Source: an uncultured Acidobacteriaceae bacterium
Lineage (GTDB): Bacteria; Acidobacteriota; Terriglobia; Terriglobales; Acidobacteriaceae
Length of the DNA stretch: 64,000 nt
NCBI GenBank assembly: GCA_963703645.1
Contig: CAVPFD010000020.1
Coordinates: forward strand, 17,597-81,596
Direction: 5' to 3'
Made by a program: the position numbers and the translations under genes. Numbering within the stretch: the first letter of the stretch is position 1; the number at the start of each line of letters is the position of its first letter. Of this stretch, positions 26,151 to 35,249 are shown piece after piece. The notes beneath the pieces are model-generated. The model did not search any database. It had not been told where the DNA came from and saw only the letters and a program-made list of their open reading frames with translations.

Positions 26151-26921
26151 TCATCCGTGTGAATCCGTGGCTGGCTCTTCTCTCTCCACCCGCACGCCCA
26201 CCATCCACACCAGCGCGATCCATGCCGTGATCAAAAGGACATACGCAACAAAGAAGCGCAGCCCCATACTCCAGGCTTGCTTGCGGAGGTCGTCTATGTT
26301 GGGGATCCACCAGATGAGCTTGTAGGGAATGTAAGCGCCGACAACGACAAGGATGCAGAACCCCACCCAGTACATCACTCGCTTAAGCACGCGCCAGGAA
26401 CGTGACAGGCCCTGGCCGAATCCTCTGGCGGCAATGGTGGTCGCAACCGGTAGCCAAATCGCCGGGCCAATTACGAGGATGACGAACCACAGCAGCCAGT
26501 TGGCGTACTGCGTGAACTGGCGCGGGCTAGCAAGGCGCAACCCTTCCGGTAGCTTCTGCCAGAACCACACTCCGAGCTGCGGCGGATAGGTGCGCAACCA
26601 AATCAGAAACCACAGAACCACGCCCGCCACGATAGCCCACAGGGCGAGCGCCAAAATATGCCGCAGCGAATGGCGGAAGGCGCGCCACACTGTGCCGTTC
26701 TCGCGAAACTCAGCAAGCCGGAAGTACGCAAACGTTCCCGCACGCAGCCAAACCACCAGCGCGATGATGCAGGCCGCCACCAGCAGCGAGCCTACCACCT
26801 GCCAGCCATGTGCATCGGGCACCAGCAGCCAGAAGTACCATGCCGCGAGCGCGGCCAGGTTGCCTACGAAGTTCAGCAACCACAGCCGTGCCACGCCACC
26901 GCGATTTGCGTGCGCCGTCAT
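26151..26921 (-). CDS. Hypothetical multi-pass membrane protein, last gene of the A2M operon
   Basis: 256 aa with about 6 Trp-rich hydrophobic segments. Its start overlaps the A2M stop (ATGA at 26918..26921). Confidence 0.6.
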   Translation of the reverse strand: MTAHANRGGVARLWLLNFVGNLAALAAWYFWLLVPDAHGWQVVGSLLVAACIIALVVWLRAGTFAYFRLAEFRENGTVWRAFRHSLRHILALALWAIVAGVVLWFLIWLRTYPPQLGVWFWQKLPEGLRLASPRQFTQYANWLLWFVILVIGPAIWLPVATTIAARGFGQGLSRSWRVLKRVMYWVGFCILVVVGAYIPYKLIWWIPNIDDLRKQAWSMGLRFFVAYVLLITAWIALVWMVGVRVEREEPATDSHG

Positions 26922-29900
26922 TTCACCGTCACCGTCAGTGCGTCGCTGGTTGCCAGATACTCAGGCTGATACATCGGCTCCACGCGGGTTGGGCTCACGC
27001 GGAAGATGCCCGGGTTCACCACCTTCAGCAGGTACACATATTCGTGCTGCCCCTGCGGGAAGTTGAGGTTGAAGAATGTGGTGCGATCGTCGCGCAGCTC
27101 GCGGTAGCTGCCCCAGCGGCCCCACCAGTCGGGCTTCTCATCCAGTTCATACAGATCGTCGCGCGCAATGGATTCGGTGCCTGACGGAATGGGATCCTCA
27201 ATCATCAGGTACTTCCAGTCGTTGCCCCCGACGGTGATGCGCACCGCCAGCGTGTCGCCGACATCCGCCGGACCGGCCAGCTTGTCGAGGTGATACACAA
27301 TTTTTTCGCCCTGTTGCTGCGAAGTTAGCCTGTAGTATTCCCGCGCGACGCTCAGCCTGAAGCTGCCGGTGTTTATCACCTTGGCTTCGTTGGAGTAGTA
27401 CTCACCGCGCACCGACCAGTACACGCGGCCGTCACCGGTCTTCGCAATGCGAACCTGATTGTCGCCGGGCGCGAGTTGCGATTCATTCAGCGTGATGGTT
27501 GTAGCCGGAGCGAGCGCGTCAGCCGCGGTGAACTTCTTGGTTGCCACGCTCTTCCCATTCACCTGCACCTCGACACTGTAGTTCGGCTTCAGCTCCTGCG
27601 TGCGGGCAAGGTAGTCGGTCAGCCCATAGATGACCATCGCGGTCTGCTCGGTCGAATCCCAGTAATAGCCTCCGTCGCGATGGTTCACCAGATAAACAGC
27701 GGCCTTGGGAACGAGCTGACTGTTCGGCGCGGTGTGTGTCAGCAGCTTAAGCACGTAGGCGGTCGCCTGTGGTGTGGTGTCGCCGGCGAAATCCATCAGG
27801 TAATTCACGTCGGTCTGCCACCACGCCTGCGAGTCATCCTGCTTGGCTTCGCCTTCCAGTTGCTTCGTCAGCTCGGAGGCGCGGGCGTCGTTCATCTCCA
27901 GCATGGCCAGTCCAAGCAGCGCCTTGCCATATGAAGTGAGCGTTGAGCGTTGGTTCCAGACCGAATCCAGGACGGCAGTCTCGTGCGTCCCGCTCAGTAC
28001 GAGCGCATAAGCCATGTAAGCACGCAGATCGGTCTTGACCTTCTGCGAGCGGTCGAAGTAAGGCCTCAGCCAGCCGCGCCCCTTGTCGATGGCGTCCTGC
28101 TTGACATCGAAGCCCGCGGCCTTGGCCTGGCTCATGCCGGCGAGAACATAAGCCGTCATGAAGGGATGGCTGTCGTCGGTCTGCCACCAGCCCCAGCCGC
28201 CGTCGTCGTGCTGGTAGGTGTAGAGCCGGTCAAGTCCGGCCTGCACCTGCTTCTTCAGCACTTGCGGATCGATGTTCGACTTCACGCCGAGTTTCTGCAT
28301 TGCGTTGGCCACCAGCACATCCGGCAGGAAGCTTGACATCGTCTGCTCGGTGCAGCCATAGGGATACGAGGTGAGGAATTCCAGTGCTGCGAACACGGAG
28401 CCCGCAACAGATGGCGTCACGCTGATAGTCAGCTTGCGCGTGCCTGGCTCTGCCCCTTGCGGGAAGGCCAACGCCTGCACCGTGTCGCTGGTGCCACCGC
28501 CCGCGATTGACCCGGACTTGGCGATCGCCAGCTTCACACCGAAGGGAACGACGGGCAGCATCAGTTCCATGGCATCGCTCTCGACATCAGTGAGCGCTTT
28601 GCCCAGCACGCGCGCCGAATCGACGTTGAGCACACGCACGCGATAGTCCACTTTCACCAGGCCACGGCTGGGGACGTTCACGTCCTTTGGCGCACCGTCG
28701 ATCACCTGCAGGCCGTCGAACTCCATCGAAACGCGCGCCACTTTTTCCATCGGCAGGTAGTTCTGCACGATGGTCGAGAGCGTGATCTCGTCGCCGCGAC
28801 GGAGGAAGCGCGGCACTACCAGCCGCACCATCAGGTTCTTGCGCACGATGGTGTTCGCCACTGCGCCGCCGACCATGGTGTCCTGCGTGACGCCGCGCGT
28901 GGTCGCGCGCCACGACGTGATGGCGTCGGGATAATTGAAGCGCACCGTCGCCTGGCCATTGCCGGCCGTGTTCACGTCGGCCACCCAATACGCGGTGTCG
29001 GGGAAAGCCTTGCGGACTCTCGGCTGAACCAGGCGCTCAGGCTTGAGCTGCGCCAGCCCGCGTGCCGGACGCGCCGCGGCCAGTTGCATGGCGCGTTTGC
29101 CCGCCTGTCCGCTGAAGTAGTAAGTCAGCGAGGTGTCAGTGCTCACCTTCGAATAAATGCGACCATAGAACGCGTTCATGATGTTGGGCGTCGTGTCCGG
29201 CTTGATGGCATAGATGGCCTCATCCACCACGCCGAGACTGAACTCCGCCGCCATCGGCTTGCCGCTCGTATCAGTTGCCTTAATGGTGTAGGTCGCGGCC
29301 TCGCCCGGCTGGTACTGCGGCTTCGATGGCAGCAGTTGCACTTTCAGCTCGTGCTGCGTCGGCGGAACCGTCAAGCTCTTCGAGCCCTGGTAGAGCTTGT
29401 TGCCTCGGATGAACACTGCTCCAACGTAGAAGTTCGGCGCATACTCGGGCTTGACGGGGACATCCACTGTGATGCTGCCGCCGGCGCTCTTGATCACCTG
29501 CCCGGAGTAGAGTCCGTTGCCTTCCGCCGTTACGAGCACCGATGCCGGCTCCTTGCCAGTGACAATCATCACGCGCGCCGTGTCGCCAGGTTGGTAGGTC
29601 TTCTTGTCAGGGACAATTTGCAGGCGTTCTTGCGCGGGGCCGCTCCACCACGGACTTTCCCCCGGCGCCCAAAGATAGACCGTAGTTTCGACATCACGCT
29701 TCTCAGGAGTGGTGGCGACTACGCGTACGCGGAATTCACCCGCGTCGGGGATCGCGAACTGAACTTGCGCTTTGCCGCTGGCGTCGGTTTGGCCTCGCGC
29801 GGTGGTGATTTGCGGACCTGCCCCCTTGCGCCAATCCCAGCGATTCATCTCCACACGGAAGGACGTCTGCACTGGCTTCTTGTCGTAATCCTGTGCGGTG

Positions 29901-31561
29901 ACGGCGACGGTCGCCGTGCTGCCCTTGGTGTAAACAAATGAATCAGGCTCGGCGGTCAGGAAGAAACTGCCATAGGTTGCCAATGCAAAGCCGTGCCCGG
30001 CGATCTCGCGATTGCCGGCGTCGGTCACTCGCGCCTCAATGCGATACACCAGGTCCTGCTTCTTGCTGTCCACGCGCGTGGGGAACTCGATCTGTAGCTT
30101 GCCGTCGGCATCGAGCGTGCCGCTCAACTCGCGTTCCTGCTCACCGCCGTAGTTGTCGCCCTGGTCCGCGTCCGGATTCTCGCCCTGCTGATATTCGCCG
30201 GCTTCGTCGTCGCTCTCCGGGCGTCCCAGGGGCCAGTAGGTCGAGGTGTGCACCACCCATTTGACCTTCGCGTTGGCCACCGGCTCGCCGAAGTAATAGC
30301 GCGCGTCAATCGTCGCCTTAATCGGCTGGCCTTCGAGTACCCGCGGCGTCAGCGCCGCGACCTTCACCTGATATTCGGGCTTCTTGTAGTCCTCGACCGA
30401 GAAGCTGGTGCCCTCGACGTAGCGCTCGCCCATTTGCATCGAGAGGTAGTAGAAGCCAAGGTTGGCGTCGGCGGGAATCGCGTAGTCCCAGTGCGCCGTG
30501 CCCAGGTCGGAAAGTGTCACGGTCTGCTGCCAAATGGTCTGGTAGCTCTGCGGATCGCGCAGCTCGAGGCGTAGCTCGCGGTCCTTGGGAATCTGGTAGC
30601 CGCTCATTGACTCCGAGCGCACGATGGTCTTGAAGTGCACGATGTCGCCTGGGCGATACACCGGCCGGTCGGTGTAGCTGTAACCCTTGAGATTGCGATC
30701 GGGGCCGGTGCCCAAGCTCCACGCGCCGGGCGTGTTGATGGCGAACTGGTCGCCGCTGGTCGCCAGCACCGCGACGTTCTCCGGCTTCGCCTCGTTAAGT
30801 GATGTATCCAGCAGACCCTGCTGGTCGGCGGCTTTCGCAGCGACCTCCTGCTGGTCAATCCACACGCGGACCATCGCTGCCGGAATTGGATCGCCGCTGC
30901 GACGATCAACGACGAAGCTCATCAGGCGGCCGGGTGCAGCCTTGGTGATGATGGCGATTTCAGTTACAACGATGATGGTGTACGCGCGCAGCTTTCCATT
31001 GGTGGCCTCCACCAGGTACACGCCCTTGTCGCTGACCGGGATGTTGACCGTCTGGCTCTCCCAGCGCTCATGCGACGGGACCGTCCACTTCCACACCGAC
31101 ACCACCTGCTGCGGGTTGAGGATCGTCACCTGCGCGTAGCTCTCGACCTTTGGCCCCTGCTTCTTTTCGGTCTCGCCCATTCTCCAAAGCCGAATCTTGT
31201 GGCGCGACTCAGGCGAAAACTGCGCTCGAATGAAGTCGCGGAACCAGGCCCAGATGCGATGTTTCCATGCGTGGAACTTTTCCAGCCAGGTGCGAGCCTG
31301 TTTCGGCATCGCCGGACCGCGTCCCCCGAAGTTGTGCAGCTCCTGCATTTGGCTGAAAAACTTCAAGGGATCGTTGATGTGATAGACGCGGAACTCCAGC
31401 GCGCTTACATTGTGGCTGTAAACCGAAACGGTAGGTTTCTCGCCGGGCAGATAGGTGCGTTCGCTGGCCAGCGAGAAGAAGGCTTCGGTGTCTTCCTGCT
31501 CTTGTGCGCACAGCGGCAAAATCAGGAAGCAGCAAAGAAGGGCCGCGATGACCGTCCGCAT
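26918..31561 (-). CDS. Bacterial alpha-2-macroglobulin family protein with a thioester motif
   Basis: About 1547 aa from the ATG at 31561 (MRTVIAALLCCFLILPLCAQ signal). MG-domain repeats and a CxEQ thioester site, YPYGCTEQTMSSFLP. The start shares one base with the upstream stop (TGATG). Confidence 0.85.
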   Translation of the reverse strand: MRTVIAALLCCFLILPLCAQEQEDTEAFFSLASERTYLPGEKPTVSVYSHNVSALEFRVYHINDPLKFFSQMQELHNFGGRGPAMPKQARTWLEKFHAWKHRIWAWFRDFIRAQFSPESRHKIRLWRMGETEKKQGPKVESYAQVTILNPQQVVSVWKWTVPSHERWESQTVNIPVSDKGVYLVEATNGKLRAYTIIVVTEIAIITKAAPGRLMSFVVDRRSGDPIPAAMVRVWIDQQEVAAKAADQQGLLDTSLNEAKPENVAVLATSGDQFAINTPGAWSLGTGPDRNLKGYSYTDRPVYRPGDIVHFKTIVRSESMSGYQIPKDRELRLELRDPQSYQTIWQQTVTLSDLGTAHWDYAIPADANLGFYYLSMQMGERYVEGTSFSVEDYKKPEYQVKVAALTPRVLEGQPIKATIDARYYFGEPVANAKVKWVVHTSTYWPLGRPESDDEAGEYQQGENPDADQGDNYGGEQERELSGTLDADGKLQIEFPTRVDSKKQDLVYRIEARVTDAGNREIAGHGFALATYGSFFLTAEPDSFVYTKGSTATVAVTAQDYDKKPVQTSFRVEMNRWDWRKGAGPQITTARGQTDASGKAQVQFAIPDAGEFRVRVVATTPEKRDVETTVYLWAPGESPWWSGPAQERLQIVPDKKTYQPGDTARVMIVTGKEPASVLVTAEGNGLYSGQVIKSAGGSITVDVPVKPEYAPNFYVGAVFIRGNKLYQGSKSLTVPPTQHELKVQLLPSKPQYQPGEAATYTIKATDTSGKPMAAEFSLGVVDEAIYAIKPDTTPNIMNAFYGRIYSKVSTDTSLTYYFSGQAGKRAMQLAAARPARGLAQLKPERLVQPRVRKAFPDTAYWVADVNTAGNGQATVRFNYPDAITSWRATTRGVTQDTMVGGAVANTIVRKNLMVRLVVPRFLRRGDEITLSTIVQNYLPMEKVARVSMEFDGLQVIDGAPKDVNVPSRGLVKVDYRVRVLNVDSARVLGKALTDVESDAMELMLPVVPFGVKLAIAKSGSIAGGGTSDTVQALAFPQGAEPGTRKLTISVTPSVAGSVFAALEFLTSYPYGCTEQTMSSFLPDVLVANAMQKLGVKSNIDPQVLKKQVQAGLDRLYTYQHDDGGWGWWQTDDSHPFMTAYVLAGMSQAKAAGFDVKQDAIDKGRGWLRPYFDRSQKVKTDLRAYMAYALVLSGTHETAVLDSVWNQRSTLTSYGKALLGLAMLEMNDARASELTKQLEGEAKQDDSQAWWQTDVNYLMDFAGDTTPQATAYVLKLLTHTAPNSQLVPKAAVYLVNHRDGGYYWDSTEQTAMVIYGLTDYLARTQELKPNYSVEVQVNGKSVATKKFTAADALAPATTITLNESQLAPGDNQVRIAKTGDGRVYWSVRGEYYSNEAKVINTGSFRLSVAREYYRLTSQQQGEKIVYHLDKLAGPADVGDTLAVRITVGGNDWKYLMIEDPIPSGTESIARDDLYELDEKPDWWGRWGSYRELRDDRTTFFNLNFPQGQHEYVYLLKVVNPGIFRVSPTRVEPMYQPEYLATSDALTVTVK

Positions 31562-32610
31562 CACTCGCCGCCTCGGAGGATGTTCCAGCGGTAGATCCCA
31601 AGAAAGGCGGGATTGGACGGAATCGGACGCCAACGCGCTTCGGGATAGTTCACAAGTTCAACAACGGACCAGCGCCGGATTTCGCCCGGCGCCTTGCCTG
31701 TGGGTCCGGTGTGGTAGATGACGAACTCGTCGTTGCTCGCTTCGATGTGGCTGCGCCCGAGGAAGATCATAGCGTGGAAGGGCATCTTCTGGCCGTCCTG
31801 GCGAAAGAACAATAGATCGCCCGGGCGCGCCCGGCTGAAATCATGGCCCACGAAAAACGTGTTGTAGCGCCAGAGGGTCTCCACGTCGGCGAACTGCGCA
31901 AAGGCGCCGTCGCCCAGATCATCGGCAGCGAAGCTTCCGCTACGCACCCGGAAGAGCGCCGCCGCCAGCGGAGTGTATGGGTATTGATATTGCTGAACGT
32001 CAACGGCCGAAGCCGGAACGGGCAGCGCCATCGCATGGGCCCACGCTGCGTTGTGCGCGCGTAACGCTTCGCGATAAGTGAAGCGCAGTAAGGCGGCACA
32101 GTCGTCAATTTCGGTGGGCACCGCTTTGCTGCGATAGTATTGCGATTCCGCCAGCAGGGTAAACCAGCGGCGAAAGGCAGCGCGGTCGGCGGGATCGTGG
32201 AGGCGCAGGAAGTCAGGCGTGCCATCTCCGACTGAGTCGGTGGCATCGGGCGTTATGTGCAGCGTGACCTCTTGCGGCGTAAAACCGGGAGCAGTGATGC
32301 GCAGCCTGGTGTGGCCAGGCTCCACGCCCGCGCGCAGCGTGGCCGTGGCGGAACCGTGGTTGATGGTCACCGATTCAACTGCCGCCCCGTGGAGATTTTC
32401 GACCTGCACCTCCAACCCGCGCAGTTCGCGGCCGTTCGAGGAATGGATCTTCAGTTCCGTAGAGGTGAATCCATCGGCAGGAAAGCTGCTATCGGGAAGC
32501 TGCAATACGAATTCGGAGGGTGTCAGCCTGCGATGCACAGTGAACGCGCACACCGCCACGGCTATCGCGACCACAGCCAGCACTGCCAGCCAGCGAGGTA
32601 CGCCGCGCAT
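31561..32610 (-). CDS. DUF1175 (YfaT-like) protein with an N-terminal Ig-like region
   Basis: FRRWFTLLAESQYY...CAALLRFTYREALRAH...PGDLLFF...VIYHTGP...NPAFLGIYRWNIL parallels E. coli YfaT blocks. Confidence 0.7.
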   Translation of the reverse strand: MRGVPRWLAVLAVVAIAVAVCAFTVHRRLTPSEFVLQLPDSSFPADGFTSTELKIHSSNGRELRGLEVQVENLHGAAVESVTINHGSATATLRAGVEPGHTRLRITAPGFTPQEVTLHITPDATDSVGDGTPDFLRLHDPADRAAFRRWFTLLAESQYYRSKAVPTEIDDCAALLRFTYREALRAHNAAWAHAMALPVPASAVDVQQYQYPYTPLAAALFRVRSGSFAADDLGDGAFAQFADVETLWRYNTFFVGHDFSRARPGDLLFFRQDGQKMPFHAMIFLGRSHIEASNDEFVIYHTGPTGKAPGEIRRWSVVELVNYPEARWRPIPSNPAFLGIYRWNILRGGE

Positions 32611-32952
32611 TCGTTTTCTCCTCAGCAGACGCGCGGATTATAAATCAACGGCGGAACTTGTCCGGCCTTCAAAAGCTGTCTCCGCTTTAAGCGGCCGAAC
32701 AGAGTCGAACCGGTTTCGGACCGCGCCCCGTCGCGGCTCTGCTGCGGCTGGTCACCAAAGCACGGGGAAAACAAGGCCCTTGACTCCGCCCTGCCGACCT
32801 TCGGTTATAATGCCGGATTAAAGCCGATTCCCTGATGCCCAACATCGTCGATTGCCGCAGCGTTTCTCTCGCCGTAAGCATCTCTTGTATTTGGAAGTTC
32901 CGGGCCCGCAACGTGACAAGCTCTACCATTCCGATTTCGAAGGAGCGCCAGA

Positions 32953-33903
32953 ATGTCCCTCAAAGCAACTGACCATGTATGGCACAACGGGCGGCTGATT
33001 CCATGGGATGAGGCGCATATCCACGTGATGGCGCATGTGGTCAACTACGGCTCATCGTTGTTCGAGGGAATCCGCTGCTACCACACGCCGAAGGGCCCTG
33101 CGATCTTCCGCTTGCGCGACCACATGCAGCGTCTGGTGTATTCGTCGAAGGTCTACCGGATTGAGCTGGATTACTCGTTGGACGAGCTTTGCGGAGCGGC
33201 GGTGGAACTGGTCGCCGCCAACAAGGTTTCGCCCTGCTACATCCGGCCGATTGTCCTGCGCGGCTACGGTCAAGTCGGTGTCAATCCGTTCAACTCGCCG
33301 ACCGAGGTCTACATTGCCAACTACGAGTGGGGCAAGTATCTGGGCAGTCCCGACTGCGAAGATGGCGTGGACGTCTGCGTTTCGTCGTGGTCGCGTCTGG
33401 CACCCAACACCATGCCGACCATGGCCAAGGCCGGCGCTAACTACATGAACTCGCAGCTCATCAAGATGGAAGCCATCGTGAACGGTTACGCCGAGGGTAT
33501 CGCCCTCGATGTTAACGGCTACGTCAGCGAAGGCTCCGGCGAAAACATTTTCGTAGTCCATAAGGACCGCGTCTACACGCCGCCGCTGGGCAACAGCGTT
33601 CTGCCCGGCATCACTCGCAACTCGGTGATGCACCTCGCCCACGAGTTGGGCATTCCGGTCGTTGAACAGATTATTCCGCGCGAGCTGCTGTACATCTGCG
33701 ACGAGCTGTTCTTCAGCGGCACCGCGGCTGAGATCACGCCCATTCGCTCGGTGGACAAAATCACCGTCGGCCGGGGGATTTGCGGTCCGATCACCAAAAC
33801 GATCCGCAAGGAGTTTTATGGGATTGTGAACGGCGTTGCCGAAGATCGCTTCGGCTGGCTGACGCCCGTGCCAGTCAAGCAGCCCGCACCGGTCAGCGTA
33901 TAA
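32953..33903 (+). CDS. ilvE: Branched-chain amino acid aminotransferase
   Basis: 316 aa. WHNGRLIPWDEAHIHVMAHVVNYGSSLFEGIRCY...YIRPIVLRGYG...GITRNSV are class IV aminotransferase blocks. AAGGAG Shine-Dalgarno sequence. Confidence 0.9.
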   Translation: MSLKATDHVWHNGRLIPWDEAHIHVMAHVVNYGSSLFEGIRCYHTPKGPAIFRLRDHMQRLVYSSKVYRIELDYSLDELCGAAVELVAANKVSPCYIRPIVLRGYGQVGVNPFNSPTEVYIANYEWGKYLGSPDCEDGVDVCVSSWSRLAPNTMPTMAKAGANYMNSQLIKMEAIVNGYAEGIALDVNGYVSEGSGENIFVVHKDRVYTPPLGNSVLPGITRNSVMHLAHELGIPVVEQIIPRELLYICDELFFSGTAAEITPIRSVDKITVGRGICGPITKTIRKEFYGIVNGVAEDRFGWLTPVPVKQPAPVSV

Positions 33904-33981
33904 GGTAGTAAATTCCCGTTTTCAATAACGCCCGCCTTGGATCAGCCAGGGCGGAATCTTTTTGGTCGTGGAGGGGTGAAC

Positions 33982-34083
33982 ATGGCGAAGAAGTTTGGGC
34001 ACCTCAAGCCGGGCGACTTGATCACGGCGGACTTCATGAACACCATCCTTGATGCCTTGAATTCCCTGGAAGCACGACTGTAG
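33982..34083 (+). CDS. Hypothetical small protein (33 aa), weak call
   Basis: ATG preceded by GGAGGGG. MAKKFGHLKPGDLITADFMNTILDALNSLEARL then TAG. The frame stays open for 26 more codons (AVEARLARIAPAG...KRKRKA). Confidence 0.25.
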   Translation: MAKKFGHLKPGDLITADFMNTILDALNSLEARL

Positions 34084-34242
34084 GCGGTCGAAGCGCGACT
34101 GGCCAGAATAGCGCCGGCTGGCAGTCCGCCACGAGGGACCGCCAAGCGAAAACGCAAAGCCTGACCAGAAGGTAGTGGCGTGGATTGCCGGGCGCTATAC
34201 TTCGATGCAGGTAATATCTGCCCACACTACCTCCCTGCGCCC

Positions 34243-34533
34243 CTATTTGCTTTTCCCTGCAATCGTGTAGGGATCGGTCATCTCGGCCAAGGGCAGCACC
34301 TGGTAGGTCGCGAAGTTGTACACCGGCGACATGGCCAGCAGGCGATCGAGTTCTTCGTTGGACGCGACTTTGTAGATCCAGGCTCCGCCGTGGCTGCCAA
34401 CGACGTGGTAGCGGCACTCCAATTTACCGTCAGCTTCAAGCTTCTCGCCATACTTGGGTTGCTCGGCGATGGCGCGAACCACTTCTGCGGTTAACCGTGT
34501 CACATCGAAGTGCCACAGGACGAGAAACTTCAT
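34243..34533 (-). CDS. Small conserved hypothetical protein (96 aa; possibly DUF3303-like)
   Basis: MKFLVLWHFDVTRLTAEVV... from the ATG at 34533, with GAGGAG upstream. The upstream part of the long ORF looks non-coding. Confidence 0.5.
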   Translation of the reverse strand: MKFLVLWHFDVTRLTAEVVRAIAEQPKYGEKLEADGKLECRYHVVGSHGGAWIYKVASNEELDRLLAMSPVYNFATYQVLPLAEMTDPYTIAGKSK

Positions 34534-34897
34534 AAAGCTCTCCTCGTGTCCAGCCGCACAGAATTGTACTCTGCCGAGCCGGCACTTCCGCATCACGCTA
34601 CAGCCACCGGCTTCTGTGGCTTCCGGCTCTGCTTGGCTGGCGCCGCGGAGGGTGGAACCCAGGTCACAGCGGGTGTTTATGCAGGATGCCGGCGACCCAA
34701 CCCCATGTGACGGCTGCACGTCGTGCCTGTGACGGTGCCCATCGAAGGATTGTAGGGTCTCGCTTCTACAATAACCTCGTTGTGAGGAACGGTGGTCCCG
34801 TTCTCACATGGGCGGCGGCAGCGCAGTTGGGGCAAACAACTGGAGGCTGGTTTCTGCTCCTGTCATACTAAAAATCCGCAAAAGGAGATTCTCGTTC

Positions 34898-35188
34898 ATG
34901 AAGCGTTCACTGATGATACTGGCAGCATTCACACTGGCGTCGGGCCTGGTTTGGGCACAGGATGGAGCTGCTCTCTACAAAACAAAGTGTGCGGCATGCC
35001 ACGGCGCGGCGGGCGAAGGCAAAGTTGGCCCATCGTTGCAGAAAACGACCCTGACCTCGGCGCAGATTACCGACCTGCTGACCAAAGGCGCAGAAGGCAA
35101 GAAGGCGCCGCACGGCAAGGCTGTATCTGGCTTGACGGCAGACCAGGCCGGGGCCATCGCCACCTACGTCGGGACGTTAAAGAAGTAA
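34898..35188 (+). CDS. Class I c-type cytochrome (monoheme, secreted)
   Basis: Signal peptide MKRSLMILAAFTLASGLVWA, heme motif CAACHG, AAGGAGA Shine-Dalgarno sequence. Confidence 0.8.
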   Translation: MKRSLMILAAFTLASGLVWAQDGAALYKTKCAACHGAAGEGKVGPSLQKTTLTSAQITDLLTKGAEGKKAPHGKAVSGLTADQAGAIATYVGTLKK

Positions 35189-35203
35189 CGAAGTAAAGTC
35201 ATG

Positions 35204-35236
35204 AAAAAGCCGGCCCGCGTGGGCCGGCCTTTTTTC
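35204..35236. terminator. Bidirectional rho-independent terminator
   Basis: aaaaa-gccggccc-gcgt-gggccggc-ctttttt, between the convergent cytochrome c and TonB-receptor genes. Confidence 0.8.
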
Positions 35237-35249
35237 CTGTGCGGGCAAG

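Noticed and set aside
32780-32811. TTGACT ... TATAAT promoter-like hexamers upstream of ilvE
   Set aside because: The hexamers are good, but the spacer is 20 nt by my count, too long for a standard sigma-70 promoter. Not reported as a feature.
33942-34157. 71-aa - strand ORF
   Set aside because: Arg/Ala/Pro-rich and antisense to a better-supported SD-led small ORF. No motifs.
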